Shown: positions 1 to 12,647, counted from the stretch's first letter. The stretch is 32,000 nucleotides of DNA from Wolbachia endosymbiont of Onchocerca ochengi (GCF_000306885.1 NC_018267.1:60001-92000); one strand, 5' to 3'. Numbers and translations are program-made. The notes: a model not told the origin generated them from the letters alone.

Positions 1-222
1 TGTGCATTATCGATAGCCATTCCACTGCCCTTAACTAATTTTATTCCTGCAATCGGTACAACTTTCATTTCACTTGGCATTATGAGCAAAGATGGACTTC
101 TCTCCATATTGGGAGTTCTAGTATCTTTGTGCGGTTTATTACTTACCCTTGTTGTAATAGTTGAAGGACCACAGCTCATAATTGGAGCGTTTTCTTTTCT
201 GAAAAGCTTTGTATATGGTTAA
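1..222 (+). CDS. ExoD-family membrane protein, C-terminal fragment (5' end lies outside the window)
   Basis: Frame 1 is open from base 1 to TAA at 220-222: [73 protein letters not shown]. The hydrophobic PLP-x2-N-x2-PA...DGLL pattern matches my recollection of the ExoD (PF06055) C-terminus. It is absent from the ORF track because it has no in-window start. It overlaps the cysS start by 8 nt. Confidence 0.5.
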   Translation, partial: CALSIAIPLPLTNFIPAIGTTFISLGIMSKDGLLSILGVLVSLCGLLLTLVVIVEGPQLIIGAFSFLKSFVYG

Positions 223-1588
223 GCTTTACAATACTTTAACAAAAAAAAAAGAGCTCTTTACACCGATCGACAAAGGTCATATAAAAATGTACGTTTGCGG
301 ACCAACCGTATATGATACAGCACATATAGGTAATGCACGTGCTGCTATTGTCTATGACGTATTATTTCAGTTGCTTAAATCTCATTATGGCAAAGTTACC
401 TATGTACGCAACATAACTGATATTGATGATAAGATAATCAATGCAGCAAGTGAAAAAAATAGCAGTATAGAAAGTATAACTACACATTACACTAAGGCTT
501 TTCGTGAAGACATGAAAAGTCTAAACTGTGTAGAACCAACACATGAGCCGAAAGCAACAGAAAATATAGATTGCATTATCAAATTAATTGAACATTTGCT
601 AATATCTAATCATGCCTATGAATCCGATAAACATGTATATTTTAGTATTGAATCTTACCCTGAGTATGGTGCTTTATCAGGGAAAAAAATTAATGAATTA
701 GATCATGGCAGCAGAGTTAAAGTTGGTAAAAACAAAAAGCATCCAGGAGATTTTGTACTATGGAAACCAGCAAACGACATTGACTACAAGCTTTCAAGTC
801 ACTGGAATAGTCCATGGGGAAAAGGAAGACCTGGATGGCATATCGAATGTTCGGCAATGGCATATGCATATCTTGGTAAAGATTTTGACATCCATGGTGG
901 GGGTATAGATTTACAATTTCCTCATCATGAGAACGAAATTGCGCAAAGCAAATCTGCATTTAGTGGGTCAATGTTCGCAAAATATTGGGTACATAATGGT
1001 TTCCTGACGGTAAACGAAGAAAAAATGAGCAAGTCCTTATTTAACATAGTTAAAGTAAGAGATTTGCTCGATAGTGGAATAAAGGGAGAAGTAATACGTC
1101 ATGCATTGTTCAAAACTCATTATAGAAAACCACTCGATTGGACAAGAGATATTATTTGGGAGTCGCAAGAAACTTTAAACAAGTTCTATCGGTTATTACG
1201 TAGTGTGGATATAGCAAGCATTGATGAAAGCAATACAGAAGTATATAAAGATTTTATAGAGGCTTTGAAAAATGACCTAAATATCCCTGAAGCTTTAGTT
1301 ATATTGCATGAAATGGCCACAAAAATCAATAAAACAAACAATGAACATAAAAAACTCAAATTAACTGAAAGTTTTGTTAAGAGTGCACGATTTATTGGTC
1401 TTCTTAAATCAAGTTATCAAGAGTGGTTTACCGTAGGCGTAGACCACCGAGAAATAGAAAGATTAGTAAATTTAAGAAAGGCAGCAAAAAAAAATAAAGA
1501 TTATGATGCTGCCGACAAAATAAGAGATCAGTTAAAAAGGATGAAGGTTACAATTTTTGATAACGAAGATGGTACAACAACCTGGTAA
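215..1588 (+). CDS. cysS: cysteinyl-tRNA synthetase
   Basis: Class I aaRS HIGH motif (HIGNARAA) and KMSKS motif ([10 protein letters not shown]). WHIECS zinc/cysteine-binding region. Normal length. The ORF track starts at TTG 209; ATG at 215 (MVKLYNTLT) is the more likely start. Confidence 0.95.
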   Translation: MVKLYNTLTKKKELFTPIDKGHIKMYVCGPTVYDTAHIGNARAAIVYDVLFQLLKSHYGKVTYVRNITDIDDKIINAASEKNSSIESITTHYTKAFREDMKSLNCVEPTHEPKATENIDCIIKLIEHLLISNHAYESDKHVYFSIESYPEYGALSGKKINELDHGSRVKVGKNKKHPGDFVLWKPANDIDYKLSSHWNSPWGKGRPGWHIECSAMAYAYLGKDFDIHGGGIDLQFPHHENEIAQSKSAFSGSMFAKYWVHNGFLTVNEEKMSKSLFNIVKVRDLLDSGIKGEVIRHALFKTHYRKPLDWTRDIIWESQETLNKFYRLLRSVDIASIDESNTEVYKDFIEALKNDLNIPEALVILHEMATKINKTNNEHKKLKLTESFVKSARFIGLLKSSYQEWFTVGVDHREIERLVNLRKAAKKNKDYDAADKIRDQLKRMKVTIFDNEDGTTTW

Positions 1589-1594
1589 GTTCAT

Positions 1595-2011
1595 ATGGAA
1601 AACTATCTACTACTATTCATAGATAATCTATTATCTTCATTAATCTTGCCCATATACGAAGGTTTTGTATTTTATACTATGTTGTATTTTAGGTCATATT
1701 ACAACCCACTACTTATGTTACTTTTTGGAGTATTGGGCTCAAGTATTGGTGGAATAGTCAATTGGCATTTGGGTAAAATAACAATTTTCGCTAGAAAAGC
1801 ATATCACAAATTAGAAAATGAGTACACAACCCCAAAAATAATAAGAAATTTGCTAATTTGTGCAGTTACATTGCTTTCATGGATGTCAGCACTTGGAAGT
1901 GCAATTCAAGTTTTATCAGGTTATTTTAAACTAAACTTCAGTGCCTTTACTTTACTAACTATCGTATCCAATTTCCTTTATTTATTATACCTCACTACCA
2001 CCGTTCAATAA
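1595..2011 (+). CDS. small polytopic inner-membrane protein, YqaA-like (DedA/VTT-related)
   Basis: 138 aa with about 4 hydrophobic spans. ATG lies 6 nt after the cysS stop. The N-terminal pattern LLSSLILP...GVLGSSIGGIVNWHLGK resembles COG1238/YqaA proteins, which are also about 140 aa. Confidence 0.6.
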   Translation: MENYLLLFIDNLLSSLILPIYEGFVFYTMLYFRSYYNPLLMLLFGVLGSSIGGIVNWHLGKITIFARKAYHKLENEYTTPKIIRNLLICAVTLLSWMSALGSAIQVLSGYFKLNFSAFTLLTIVSNFLYLLYLTTTVQ

Positions 2012-4349
2012 GCTGAGTTAATTACTATCTTCTCATAACCTTTTCTTTTATCTTTCAAAATACTTCACAATATAGCTTCATACAGAGCATTACAAGATAT
2101 CTACTTTTTTATAATTAGATATAGATTCTTTCTTATCTTCAAGTATCCTGAAATTTTTGAAGCCATCATTTCTCAAAATTTTAGGCATTAAGTAAAACTT
2201 CTGACCTAAACTCATCAATCAGATCCAAAATTTCCATAGTCTTTTCAGGGCTTATAAACTTAAAGATGATATTTCATTCTAAGACGTCTAACTTTGCAAA
2301 TGTATTAAGCTGAAATAGCATATAAAACAAAAATCGTATATTCCATTGAGATAAAAACCTTAATATAGTTTAGTCTTATATATCAATATAGCACAAACAA
2401 CTATCAGGGAAAATGCTACTTTCTTATTTTGCAAAAAAAAAACAATAAGTACTTGTAATCTACTCCATCCAAAAATGGTGGTTGCAAACTTAATTTTTTA
2501 ATCTTATCATTCAAAGATGTGAATCTACCAAAATATAATTATCATACTCGCTTAAAAGTTCAGGTAAAACATATCTCCCCCACTCTAACTTTAAGAAGTC
2601 ATTCTCCCTTAGTTTCTCTAGTAAATGACACATTAAAAACTGATTGACGAACCTACATAAAATTTTCATCAAATTCACCTGAAAGTAATCAATATCACTA
2701 TTAGGAATAGGTTATATTACTTCCTTTATCATTCTAAGATGATATTTTATGAAATAAGTTGTTTGATCTTTTTTTTAAAAACTTTAAAATACTTTTGTTT
2801 TTATCATCTATCTCATATAAAATACCATTATTTTTTTGTTCTGCGTCTTAAAAATTTATCCCTATCTTCTACATACAGCCTACGGAACCATTAGCAGGTT
2901 CATGTATTGCCCATAGCCTTCAATGACCGGTTATCACACTATTTTTCCTACTCTCAGCACGACAAAATACTATATATCTTTTCTAATTTTAAAGCCCTTT
3001 ATAAAGTATAAAATCGTTCTTTAGCAAAAAAGATTTCCACATCTGCTCTTTTGAAAAGGTTTAATCCTTGTGTTTACAATTTACATGCCGATAGAATAAT
3101 CATTCAGTTTCTGTAGCTCTTCAACCATATATTTATTGAATTTCCACATAATTTATATCAACATGCCATAATCATTTTTCTAATGTACTCATCAGAACAA
3201 TGATACCATCTTTATTAACAATAACTTGTACTAATACCCTTATAGTATTAACATAACCTTGTACTTTTCAATGTTGAAATTTCAGCATGGTACATCCCCA
3301 TCAACACTTTTTTGCCATCTCTATTATCATAATTTGAATTCGGTGCAGAACCTAAAATAATAAATTCCTTAAAGAAAGCAGATTCTTATTTTAAATCCTT
3401 AAAGTCATTTTTATAGAAACAAATAAAACTAATAAATATTGCTCACTATACTATAAGTTTAAAGTAGTTCTAACATTCAACAAGTTGCGAAAACTATTTA
3501 TGTAATATAAATAAATTAATATATATAAAATAATGTTTATTTTAATCTTCTCAAAAACCAATATGCTTATCAAGATTTACTACAGTTATAATCATCACAT
3601 GATGGTATAAAACTAAAGTAGAATGCAAGTATAACGCCACTTTTTTTTCACAAACACCGATTGATAATCGTCATCCTCTATTTCATATAGGTACATTCAA
3701 TCTTTTTCCAGTTTCTTTAATACTCTCTAGTTGCAGAAACTAAAATATCACATCAGCATTAAAGTATTTCCTCATCATCACATAAATATTTTATTCCAAA
3801 TGAATAAACTGGTTGACCAACTCTATCTTATTGCATAGAGACTTATTATTTCAAATCACACCGTCCATTATCTTCTGAGCTTCAACATACCTATCTACAA
3901 AACACATATACCTAATTCATTGTTTAGCTCGCCATAAAAAATATGACAAACCTTATATCTATATAGTCTCTTTTTCAATTCTGCTATTGGCAAAACAAAT
4001 CTTAGTTTGACTTACCCTTGAATAACTCTAGATCTGCATTCAGTAGTATAATCACTTGATTATTGAGCCTATTATATTGTATATCTTTTCCACTACTTCC
4101 CGATGCTCTGCAGACATCAAGCAAAATACTAAAATTTCTTAATTATGGTGTGCTATTCAATCTCCACAAACTCTTAACACGCCTTTATCAAAAGCAGCTA
4201 GACCTAGAAGGGAGAAAATGTAGCTTAGCTTGAAGAATTTACTTTGAAGAATGCCTCAAAGCCAACTTATCAATTCATGTCACTGAAATAATGATTTTTA
4301 ATATAAAAAACAAATCCTATACTATACCGGTACCATTAATTAAAAAACT

Positions 4350-5546
4350 TTAATCTGACGCTAATCGTAGTGCAGCAACTCCTGGCATTTCATCATCACT
4401 TAGCCAGTTTAAAAATGCCCCTCCGCCGGTCGAAACATATGTAAAATCTTTATCGGTAAGACCTGCAGCATTTATTGCGGATATGCTATCCCCTCCCCCT
4501 ACCACACTGATTAATTTCCCTTTACGGGTCAAACTACTTACCACCTTCATCACCCCCATTGTACCATTTGCAAAAGCCGAATACTCAAAAACACCGATAG
4601 GTCCATTCCACAGCAAAGTTTTACTGCTTGCTATTACACTGCTTATTATGCTTAAAGTTTGAGGTCCGATATCTAAAATTACATCATTATCTAAAATAGA
4701 TTCAGTTTTTCTTAAAATGCCAGTGCTATAATCAGAGTTTATTGCAACTAAGACATCTTTAGGCATAATTATTTTGCAATTGTTTTTATTTGCCGTCTCA
4801 ACAGCATCACGCAGAAGATCATTAACGTTATTTTGAAAAAAAGATTTGCCAATACTCATTCCATTAAATAATAAAAAATTATTAGTAATTGCACCACCAA
4901 GAATTAGATAATTAACCTTTTCTGCTAATTTTATAAGCATTTTTATTTTGGTTGATATTTTAGCTCCTCCAATTATCGCAGTAATGGGTTTAGCATCAAA
5001 CAATATGACTTTTTCAAGATGCTTTAGCTCATTTTGCAAGCAAAATCCTGCGTAGGAAGGTAAAAACTTTGTAATACATGAAATAGAGGCATGAGCTCTA
5101 TGAGAACAAGAAAATGCATCATTTACATATATATCCGCTAGAGATGCTAACTGTTTAGAAAAATTCAAGTCATTCTGCTCCTCCCCTTTATAAAATCTTA
5201 GATTTTCTAGTAACATTATATCTCCTCTACTCATTGCATTTATTGCTCTTTGTACTCTCTGGCCAATACAAGCATCAACAAATTTTACCTCTTTTTTCAA
5301 CAACTGTGATAAGGTTTCAACTATGTTTCTTAGCGATAGACTACTATCTTTAGTTTTTGGATGTCCAAGATGTGATATAATAATAACTTTTGCACTTGCA
5401 TTTATTAAGTGTTGAATAGTCGGCAGCGTTCTCAAAATACGAGTGGCATCATGAACTTTTCCGTTTTTTATAGGAACATTAAAATCAACCCTGAGCAAAA
5501 CAGTCTTACCCTGAAAATCACAATTTTCTATGCTAGGTATGTTCAT
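4350..5546 (-). CDS. pgk: phosphoglycerate kinase
   Basis: 398 aa. N-terminal RVDFNVP motif, GGAKISTKI hinge region, C-terminal STGGGAFLNWL. Full-length PGK architecture. Confidence 0.95.
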   Translation of the reverse strand: MNIPSIENCDFQGKTVLLRVDFNVPIKNGKVHDATRILRTLPTIQHLINASAKVIIISHLGHPKTKDSSLSLRNIVETLSQLLKKEVKFVDACIGQRVQRAINAMSRGDIMLLENLRFYKGEEQNDLNFSKQLASLADIYVNDAFSCSHRAHASISCITKFLPSYAGFCLQNELKHLEKVILFDAKPITAIIGGAKISTKIKMLIKLAEKVNYLILGGAITNNFLLFNGMSIGKSFFQNNVNDLLRDAVETANKNNCKIIMPKDVLVAINSDYSTGILRKTESILDNDVILDIGPQTLSIISSVIASSKTLLWNGPIGVFEYSAFANGTMGVMKVVSSLTRKGKLISVVGGGDSISAINAAGLTDKDFTYVSTGGGAFLNWLSDDEMPGVAALRLASD

Positions 5547-5585
5547 ACAAAATTCAAGCTACAAAATACTATATAGCAGTTTTAC

Positions 5586-6605
5586 TTAAAGTAAATTACT
5601 TGCTCTTTCTTGAATCCTCTTTGAAGTTGAATATTGAAAATTAACTGGAGAATTGTGAATCACTTTGTATATGTCATAACAAGCCATAGCACTCTCAGCA
5701 AAACCATTTAATATCAACTTTAGTTTACCCAAATAAGTAGCTATATCTCCGACTGCATATATCCTATCTCTATTAGTTCTAAGTGTAGTCTGGTCAACAA
5801 CTATGCGACTATGTTGCAACTTTAAACCCCAATTGTTTATTGGACCTAAATTCATCGACAGGCCAAAAAATGGCAGTAAGAAATCAGCGTATATTCCTTT
5901 TTTTTCATTAGAAACAATATTCTTTATTATCACTGCATTCAATTGCCCATTATTTCCAACTAATTCGTGTAATTGATATGGCGTTATGAGTTTTATTTTT
6001 CCATCACTTTTAAGTAATTCTAATTTATTTTTAGTTTCAGGAGTGCAACGAAATTCTTTTCTTCGATGTATCACATAGATTCTCTTTGCAACTCTAGAGA
6101 GTTCTATAGTCCAATCAGCTGCGGAATCTCCTCCTCCCGCAATAACTATAGTTTTATCCTGAAAATCAGAAATTTTATTTACGCTATAAAATACGGACTT
6201 ATTCTCGTACTCTAATATACCACTAAGAGGTGGGCGGTTAGGTTCAAATATTCCATTACCTGCAGCAATGATAACAGCTTTACACTTCACTTCTGTACCT
6301 ATACTTGTTACTACAGTAAAACTTTGATTCTCATTACTTGAGATTTTCTCCACCATTTGACTTAAATGGTAAACAGGGCCAAATGGCAAAGCTTGTTCCA
6401 TTAATTGTTCAATCAATCTTTGCGCAGTAATAACAGGATAGCCAGGTATATCATATATTGATTTTTCTGGATAAAGAGCGGCACACTGTCCTCCTGCTTG
6501 ATTTAAAATATCCATTATATGACATCTCATATCGAGCATTCCCGCTTGAAAAGCAGTAAATATTCCAACAGGTCCTGCACCTATTACTACTATGTCAGTT
6601 TCCAT
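5586..6605 (-). CDS. ferredoxin-NADP+ reductase, thioredoxin-reductase-like type (YumC family)
   Basis: 339 aa. GAGPVG FAD dinucleotide fold, GGQCAALYPEKSIYDIPGYP signature typical of TrxR-like FNR, second GGGDSA fold. It has no CxxC redox pair, so it is not a true TrxB. Confidence 0.88.
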   Translation of the reverse strand: METDIVVIGAGPVGIFTAFQAGMLDMRCHIMDILNQAGGQCAALYPEKSIYDIPGYPVITAQRLIEQLMEQALPFGPVYHLSQMVEKISSNENQSFTVVTSIGTEVKCKAVIIAAGNGIFEPNRPPLSGILEYENKSVFYSVNKISDFQDKTIVIAGGGDSAADWTIELSRVAKRIYVIHRRKEFRCTPETKNKLELLKSDGKIKLITPYQLHELVGNNGQLNAVIIKNIVSNEKKGIYADFLLPFFGLSMNLGPINNWGLKLQHSRIVVDQTTLRTNRDRIYAVGDIATYLGKLKLILNGFAESAMACYDIYKVIHNSPVNFQYSTSKRIQERASNLL

Positions 6606-6818
6606 GATTCCTATTTAAGCAATAACTCATTTAGATATTAGTTAGCTTTGTTAATAAAGTCAATTTATGTAATGTAGGAGATGCAATTTGAAAAATGCAT
6701 AAATCAACTCTTTATAACCTTAGCAAATCTTCCTTTCTCACACTAAAAAAGACAAATTAAAAAATAAATTTCTATGTAATTACAGTAATATATTTACTTA
6801 AATAGTAAAAAAAGCACC

Positions 6819-7855
6819 ATGAATATCAAGAATAACCTAATAGTTAAAGCTGTAGTAAATAACAAGACAAAAAGAAGTTATAAAACAATTGCTTACTTTG
6901 CTTAAAAACTATCTAATCCATTCGATATAGAACAAATATGTACAAAAAGTCAGTACTTCATTAAATCATGCTGCAAAAAATTTCAATCATGAGCTGGCAA
7001 AATTACTCATTAATAAATATAGAATCAATATGAGTTTAAAAAAAAGCAACTAGGTGAATTCTATTAGAATTTACAATCGAAATTTTTTTCAGAGGTTGCA
7101 ATTAGAGAAATCTACCTATAACTAAATATTTTAATAGAAAAGTTTCTTGTGAAAATGACTTAATGATTATTAATCTCTTGTCAAAATCGAAAGTAAAATT
7201 CAATAAGGCAGAGTGCGCTTATCTACTAAGTAGTATAGAAAATCAGAAAAATAAGAATGAATATGCAACTTTAATGAAAAGACAGAGAAGAGACTTTAAG
7301 TTTAATTTAACATTTAAAAGTATTTTAAAAAAAAATTGATGAAAATGCGAAGCGAGGAGAAAAATATGTAAAGTACAAAAACCATGATCATAATTAACAA
7401 TTCAGAAAATACTCACAATATCTCGAAACACAATAACAGTAGCCAATATGATATCTTAGGATATAATATCAGTAATTGCTGCACTTCAAAGCATATTTAC
7501 AAGAAGCAGACATTATATAATAATAAAGAAGAATAAAATGTAACATTATATAAATCATAGTAATGGTGTATTGATTATTTACAGTAACGAAACTTACCGT
7601 TGAAACTTCCAATCGTGGTAATAAAGAAAATAACACTTAACACCTTCAAATTTCCAACCAGCAAATAAAAACTCAAGCTCCTCTTGCAAAAACGATGCGT
7701 GAAGATAAAATGGTTAATCTTAGCTTTAATAAAGCATATGGTTCTAATTTTTCTCTAATTAAGAATCAGTAAATAGTATAAAGGAAAAGAAGAGACATTT
7801 AAGAACAAAACATTTTCTAACTTTAAGATATGATTCCAACCTCAAAGTCAGATAG
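6819..7855 (+). pseudogene. eroded ankyrin-repeat protein gene (multiple frameshifts and stops)
   Basis: ANK-consensus patches appear in shifting + frames. Examples: TSLNHAAKNFNHELAKLLINKYRIN (from 6955), ENDLMIINLLSKSKVKFNK (from 7151), DENAKRGEK (about 7339), APLAKTMREDKMVNLSFNKAYGSNF (about 7675). No frame stays open beyond about 78 codons. Boundaries are approximate. Confidence 0.45.
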
Positions 7856-8305
7856 TTTAAGTTCTTAAGTGTTTTTAAATTTTATAAAACAGCTCATAAT
7901 AATTAGAATCTAGCCTTTTTAAAAGGCATAGAAAAGGAGCTCAATAAATCAATAAAAATTGCTTAGCACATTTTTGCAGCTCCATTCTGTTAGCAGAATA
8001 GCACTCTAAGATCAAAAAATCTACTTTTGTTTGCAAGTTTTTCCACTAAACAACAAAATTCAGTAAAAAAGTATAGTGTATCTTCTTCAAGATATGCAGG
8101 GTATATATATATTTCTGTTGTATGTGTGCTACACTTTTGCTAACTCTCCTATATAAGAAGTTCATCATGTTTATACAACCTTGAATTACATATATCGTTA
8201 ACTTAGCACGAAAATCAGACAGCACTAAGTTTTTTAACATCAGACCATAAAATAGCTAAGGCTAATATAAGTTTTTCGTCCTTTCTAACAAATTTTTACG
8301 ATTAC

Positions 8306-8950
8306 TTATTTTTTTGCACTCCAGTCTTTTTCAAATATTGCAAGCCCATAATCAGTAAGTGGATGGCTAAGTAACTGCCTAAGCACTTTTGCTGGCATAG
8401 TAATTGAATGAGCACCAAGTTTTGCAGCTTCTACCACGTGCGCTGAGCTTCTTACTGATGCAACAAGAACTTTAGTATCAAAACCGTAATTAGAATATAT
8501 AGTACATATATCCTTTATTAAAAATAAACCACCATAGTTTATATCATCAAGACGACCAACAAAAGGAGAAACAAAACAAGCACTGGCCTTAGCGGCAAAC
8601 AGTGCTTGTCCAGGAGAAAAACATAATGTAATGTTAACAGGTATTTTATACTCTGTCCACAACTTTTTACAAGAAATTAATCCTTCATATGTAAGAGGCA
8701 ACTTTACTACGATATTACTAGCAATTTTCGCTAATTTAAGTCCTTCTTTAATCATTTCTTCATGATTATCTGCAACAACTTCAACACTAACAGGCCCTTT
8801 TATAACAGAGCATATTTCACTTATTAAACCTTCATATTCATCTTTACGCCCAGACTTTGCTATCAAAGAAGGATTAGTTGTTATACCATCAATGACCTCT
8901 TTTAGCTCTTCAATTTCACTTAAATCAACACTATCAAGAAAAATTTCCAT
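8306..8950 (-). CDS. tal: transaldolase type 3B / fructose-6-phosphate aldolase family
   Basis: 214 aa. MEIFLDSVDL...GITTNPSLI N-terminus and a KLP-containing Schiff-base lysine region (VVKLPLT) typical of the short Fsa/TalC class. Confidence 0.88.
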   Translation of the reverse strand: MEIFLDSVDLSEIEELKEVIDGITTNPSLIAKSGRKDEYEGLISEICSVIKGPVSVEVVADNHEEMIKEGLKLAKIASNIVVKLPLTYEGLISCKKLWTEYKIPVNITLCFSPGQALFAAKASACFVSPFVGRLDDINYGGLFLIKDICTIYSNYGFDTKVLVASVRSSAHVVEAAKLGAHSITMPAKVLRQLLSHPLTDYGLAIFEKDWSAKK

Positions 8951-8974
8951 AATATTCCAATATACAATAAAAAC

Positions 8975-9307
8975 TCACTGACTAAAATAATTTAATTGCA
9001 TGTTCATTCTTTTACTTTTAAACAATTCCTCATTATGAATTATACAATCGAAAACTTGAATTTGATTCGTCATAACGCTACAATTATTATTTATAATCTC
9101 CAATACACCATTATCAACCACAACCTTTTCTTCCTTCTGTTTACTTATTTTAACAGTGATTATACCTGGTAATAAATAAATTAAATAAGGAGAGTGGTGA
9201 GCTAAAATCATAAGTTTACCCTCAAGCCCATTCATTGAAAGAGAAACTACTTTATTGAATGAGATTTGATTATCAGGAGAAAAAAATTGCACTTTAAAGG
9301 TGTTCAT
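8975..9307 (-). CDS. atpC: F1 ATP synthase epsilon subunit
   Basis: 110 aa immediately downstream of atpD. N-terminal beta-sandwich pattern (FKVQFFSPDNQI...V.L....GE..ILAHH.P). The C-terminal helical part is short. Confidence 0.85.
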   Translation of the reverse strand: MNTFKVQFFSPDNQISFNKVVSLSMNGLEGKLMILAHHSPYLIYLLPGIITVKISKQKEEKVVVDNGVLEIINNNCSVMTNQIQVFDCIIHNEELFKSKRMNMQLNYFSQ

Positions 9308-9336
9308 GATCTCTAATCTCTAGCTCCAACGTTAAC

Positions 9337-10824
<1,488 letters not shown>

Positions 10825-10859
10825 CTATTAATAGAAATTTTGCAACATTAAAGTGTTCG

Positions 10860-11951
10860 TTAATCGCGTTTTATTATAAACAATGCAAATGCATTTAATA
10901 GCCAAGTAATAATAAATAGTACTAAACTAAGCGCATAAGCAGCAAGTGTTTGCACACTACTGAAATCCTGATCTCCAGTAAGTAGCGTAGCTACTTGCAC
11001 AGTAATAGTAGTAACTGAATTAAGAGGATTGAAAGTTAAGTTTGAGTTGATTCCAACAGCCATTAGCACTATCATTGTTTCACCTATCACTCTCGAAATT
11101 GACAACAGAATTGCACTCAAAATCGTAGGCATTGCATAGGGTATTATTATGTGCCATACAGTTTCTGCTGGAGTAGCCCCTAACGCCATAAAGCCATAGC
11201 GTAAACTCTTTGGAACAGACCTAATTGCGTCTTCTAACAAAGAAATAATAAAAGGAAGGACCATTATCCCTATTGATAAACCAGCAACCAATGCACTCTC
11301 CGAGTGTATACTTAGACCAAAAAAACTTGCTATCTGTTTTGCAGAAGAAGATAAAAATACAACCGAGAAATATCCATATACAACTGTAGGAATAGCAGAT
11401 AAAACTTGCAGAGTTGTATTAACAATATAACGCACTTTTCCACTCGCATACTCACTAATATATATTGCAGAAAATAAACCAAGAGGAACAGCAACTACCA
11501 TTGCTACAATAGTTACAACTAATGTGCCAACCAAAAGTGTAGCTATACCGAAGCATCCTATTTTTTCTCCATTAATAGTCACTGCACTATGACTCCACTT
11601 TAAGCAAAATAAAAATTCTGAAATAGCTACTTCTCTAAAAAAATTAACAGATTGGGTAAGAATAGATAACATTATAAATAAAGTGATAAAAAACGATATA
11701 GCAAGAGCTATGGATAATAAAAGCTTGATTATCTTATTGCATTTAAAGACAAAAGCAAACATAAAAAAAAGTGACGCTATAGCGATAGAAGTTATAAGAC
11801 AATTACTACAGAATATTAATGACCAGGTTAACAACCATATACAACTAAGATATAAATAAACTTTGACTTTATTTATTTGTTGAAATTTGCTAAAATAAAA
11901 CAAAAGAACTAGTAGTGTAGGTATGAAAAGGATTGTTGTCACCGAATTCAT
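10860..11951 (-). CDS. pstC: phosphate ABC transporter permease, PstC-type
   Basis: 363 aa polytopic protein. ABC permease EAA loop (ALGATPAETVWHIIIPYAMPTI...RVIGETMIVLMAVG) matches the PstC GETMAV signature rather than PstA. Long hydrophobic N-terminal extension. No pstS, pstA or pstB in the window. Confidence 0.72.
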   Translation of the reverse strand: MNSVTTILFIPTLLVLLFYFSKFQQINKVKVYLYLSCIWLLTWSLIFCSNCLITSIAIASLFFMFAFVFKCNKIIKLLLSIALAISFFITLFIMLSILTQSVNFFREVAISEFLFCLKWSHSAVTINGEKIGCFGIATLLVGTLVVTIVAMVVAVPLGLFSAIYISEYASGKVRYIVNTTLQVLSAIPTVVYGYFSVVFLSSSAKQIASFFGLSIHSESALVAGLSIGIMVLPFIISLLEDAIRSVPKSLRYGFMALGATPAETVWHIIIPYAMPTILSAILLSISRVIGETMIVLMAVGINSNLTFNPLNSVTTITVQVATLLTGDQDFSSVQTLAAYALSLVLFIITWLLNAFALFIIKRD

Positions 11952-12025
11952 CTACTCATATTCGAACCTTATTTTACGAAAATACAATTTTTAAGAGTAT
12001 TTAGTATATACAATGCAAATACCAT

Positions 12026-12054
12026 TTGACAATAAAGTAAAACAAAATTAAAAT
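12026..12054 (+). promoter_or_regulatory. candidate sigma-70 promoter for rpmH-rnpA
   Basis: Perfect -35 TTGACA (12026-12031), 17-nt spacer, then -10 TAAAAT (12049-12054; 5/6 to TATAAT). It lies about 24 nt upstream of the rpmH ATG. -10-like hexamers are common in AT-rich DNA, so this rests mainly on the -35 and the spacing. Confidence 0.45.
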
Positions 12055-12077
12055 AATTAAATACTTTTGTAAAAACA

Positions 12078-12212
12078 ATGAAAAGAACTTTTCAACCGAA
12101 AAATCTGATAAGAAAACGCAGACATGGTTTCCGCTCACGTATAACAACAAAAGCTGGAAGAAAAATACTCAACAGACGTCGCTCATTAGGATGCAAAAAA
12201 CTATGTGCATAG
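12078..12212 (+). CDS. rpmH: 50S ribosomal protein L34
   Basis: Hand-translated; below the ORF-track size cutoff. [44 protein letters not shown], 44 aa, canonical L34 sequence. Sits directly upstream of rnpA, as is near-universal. Confidence 0.92.
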   Translation: MKRTFQPKNLIRKRRHGFRSRITTKAGRKILNRRRSLGCKKLCA

Positions 12213-12564
12213 TCAAGTTATCAAGTATAAAAAAAAAGACTTCTCATTTGCTTTTAAAAATAAGCTAGTACCTAATAGTTTTTTTTACCATGGACTCTAC
12301 ATGTCACTATATGCGGTAAAAGAAAGAGAACCAGAAAGGTATATTGATACTATTAGAACAGGTTTAGTTATCAGCAAAAAAGTTGGGAAAGCAACAAAAA
12401 GAAACAAAATCAAAAGGCGATTACGAATGCTTGCTAAAATTAACATTTTAAATGCAAGTAATACTGGGTATTACTATATAATAGTAACTCACAGAAATAT
12501 TATACAAGCAAGCTATAAAAACTTACAAAAAGATCTAACTGTTTGCTTAAAAAAAATAAAATAA
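12205..12564 (+). CDS. rnpA: RNase P protein component
   Basis: [22 protein letters not shown] matches the RNR-motif region of RnpA. Conserved rpmH-rnpA synteny. No ATG is available near the 5' end, so a GTG start at 12205 overlapping rpmH by 8 nt is assumed. Confidence 0.85.
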   Translation: MHSQVIKYKKKDFSFAFKNKLVPNSFFYHGLYMSLYAVKEREPERYIDTIRTGLVISKKVGKATKRNKIKRRLRMLAKINILNASNTGYYYIIVTHRNIIQASYKNLQKDLTVCLKKIK

Positions 12565-12647
12565 AAAACCTCAATTGAGGTATTTACAACTATATTATTT
12601 ACGATAACATGAGTAAAGTTTTTAAAGATAATTAATAGGTGCAATAA

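Noticed and set aside
705-959. Two ORFs (705-908 +, 717-959 -) inside cysS
   Set aside because: They are out-of-frame or antisense to a strongly supported cysS and have no motifs. They are typical shadow ORFs.
3690-3740. Minus-strand patch ESIKETGKRLNVPI looks like a transposase or regulator helix-turn-helix
   Set aside because: It is a single short patch. Stop density in that frame is about what random AT-rich sequence would give. There is no DDE motif or terminal inverted repeats nearby.
8046-8240. 64-aa minus-strand ORF in the spacer upstream of tal
   Set aside because: It has no RBS or motif and sits in the decayed tract. It is indistinguishable from chance.
11955-11972. attcgaacc 9-mer matching the tRNA-Ser T-arm, as a possible att remnant
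   Set aside because: It is only 9 nt, lies 18 kb away, and has no associated integrase. A match of this size is expected by chance.
12569-12580. Perfect 12-nt palindrome CCTCAATTGAGG after rnpA as a rho-independent terminator
   Set aside because: It has only a 4-bp GC-poor stem once a loop is allowed, and the T-tract is weak (TATTT). This is not convincing.
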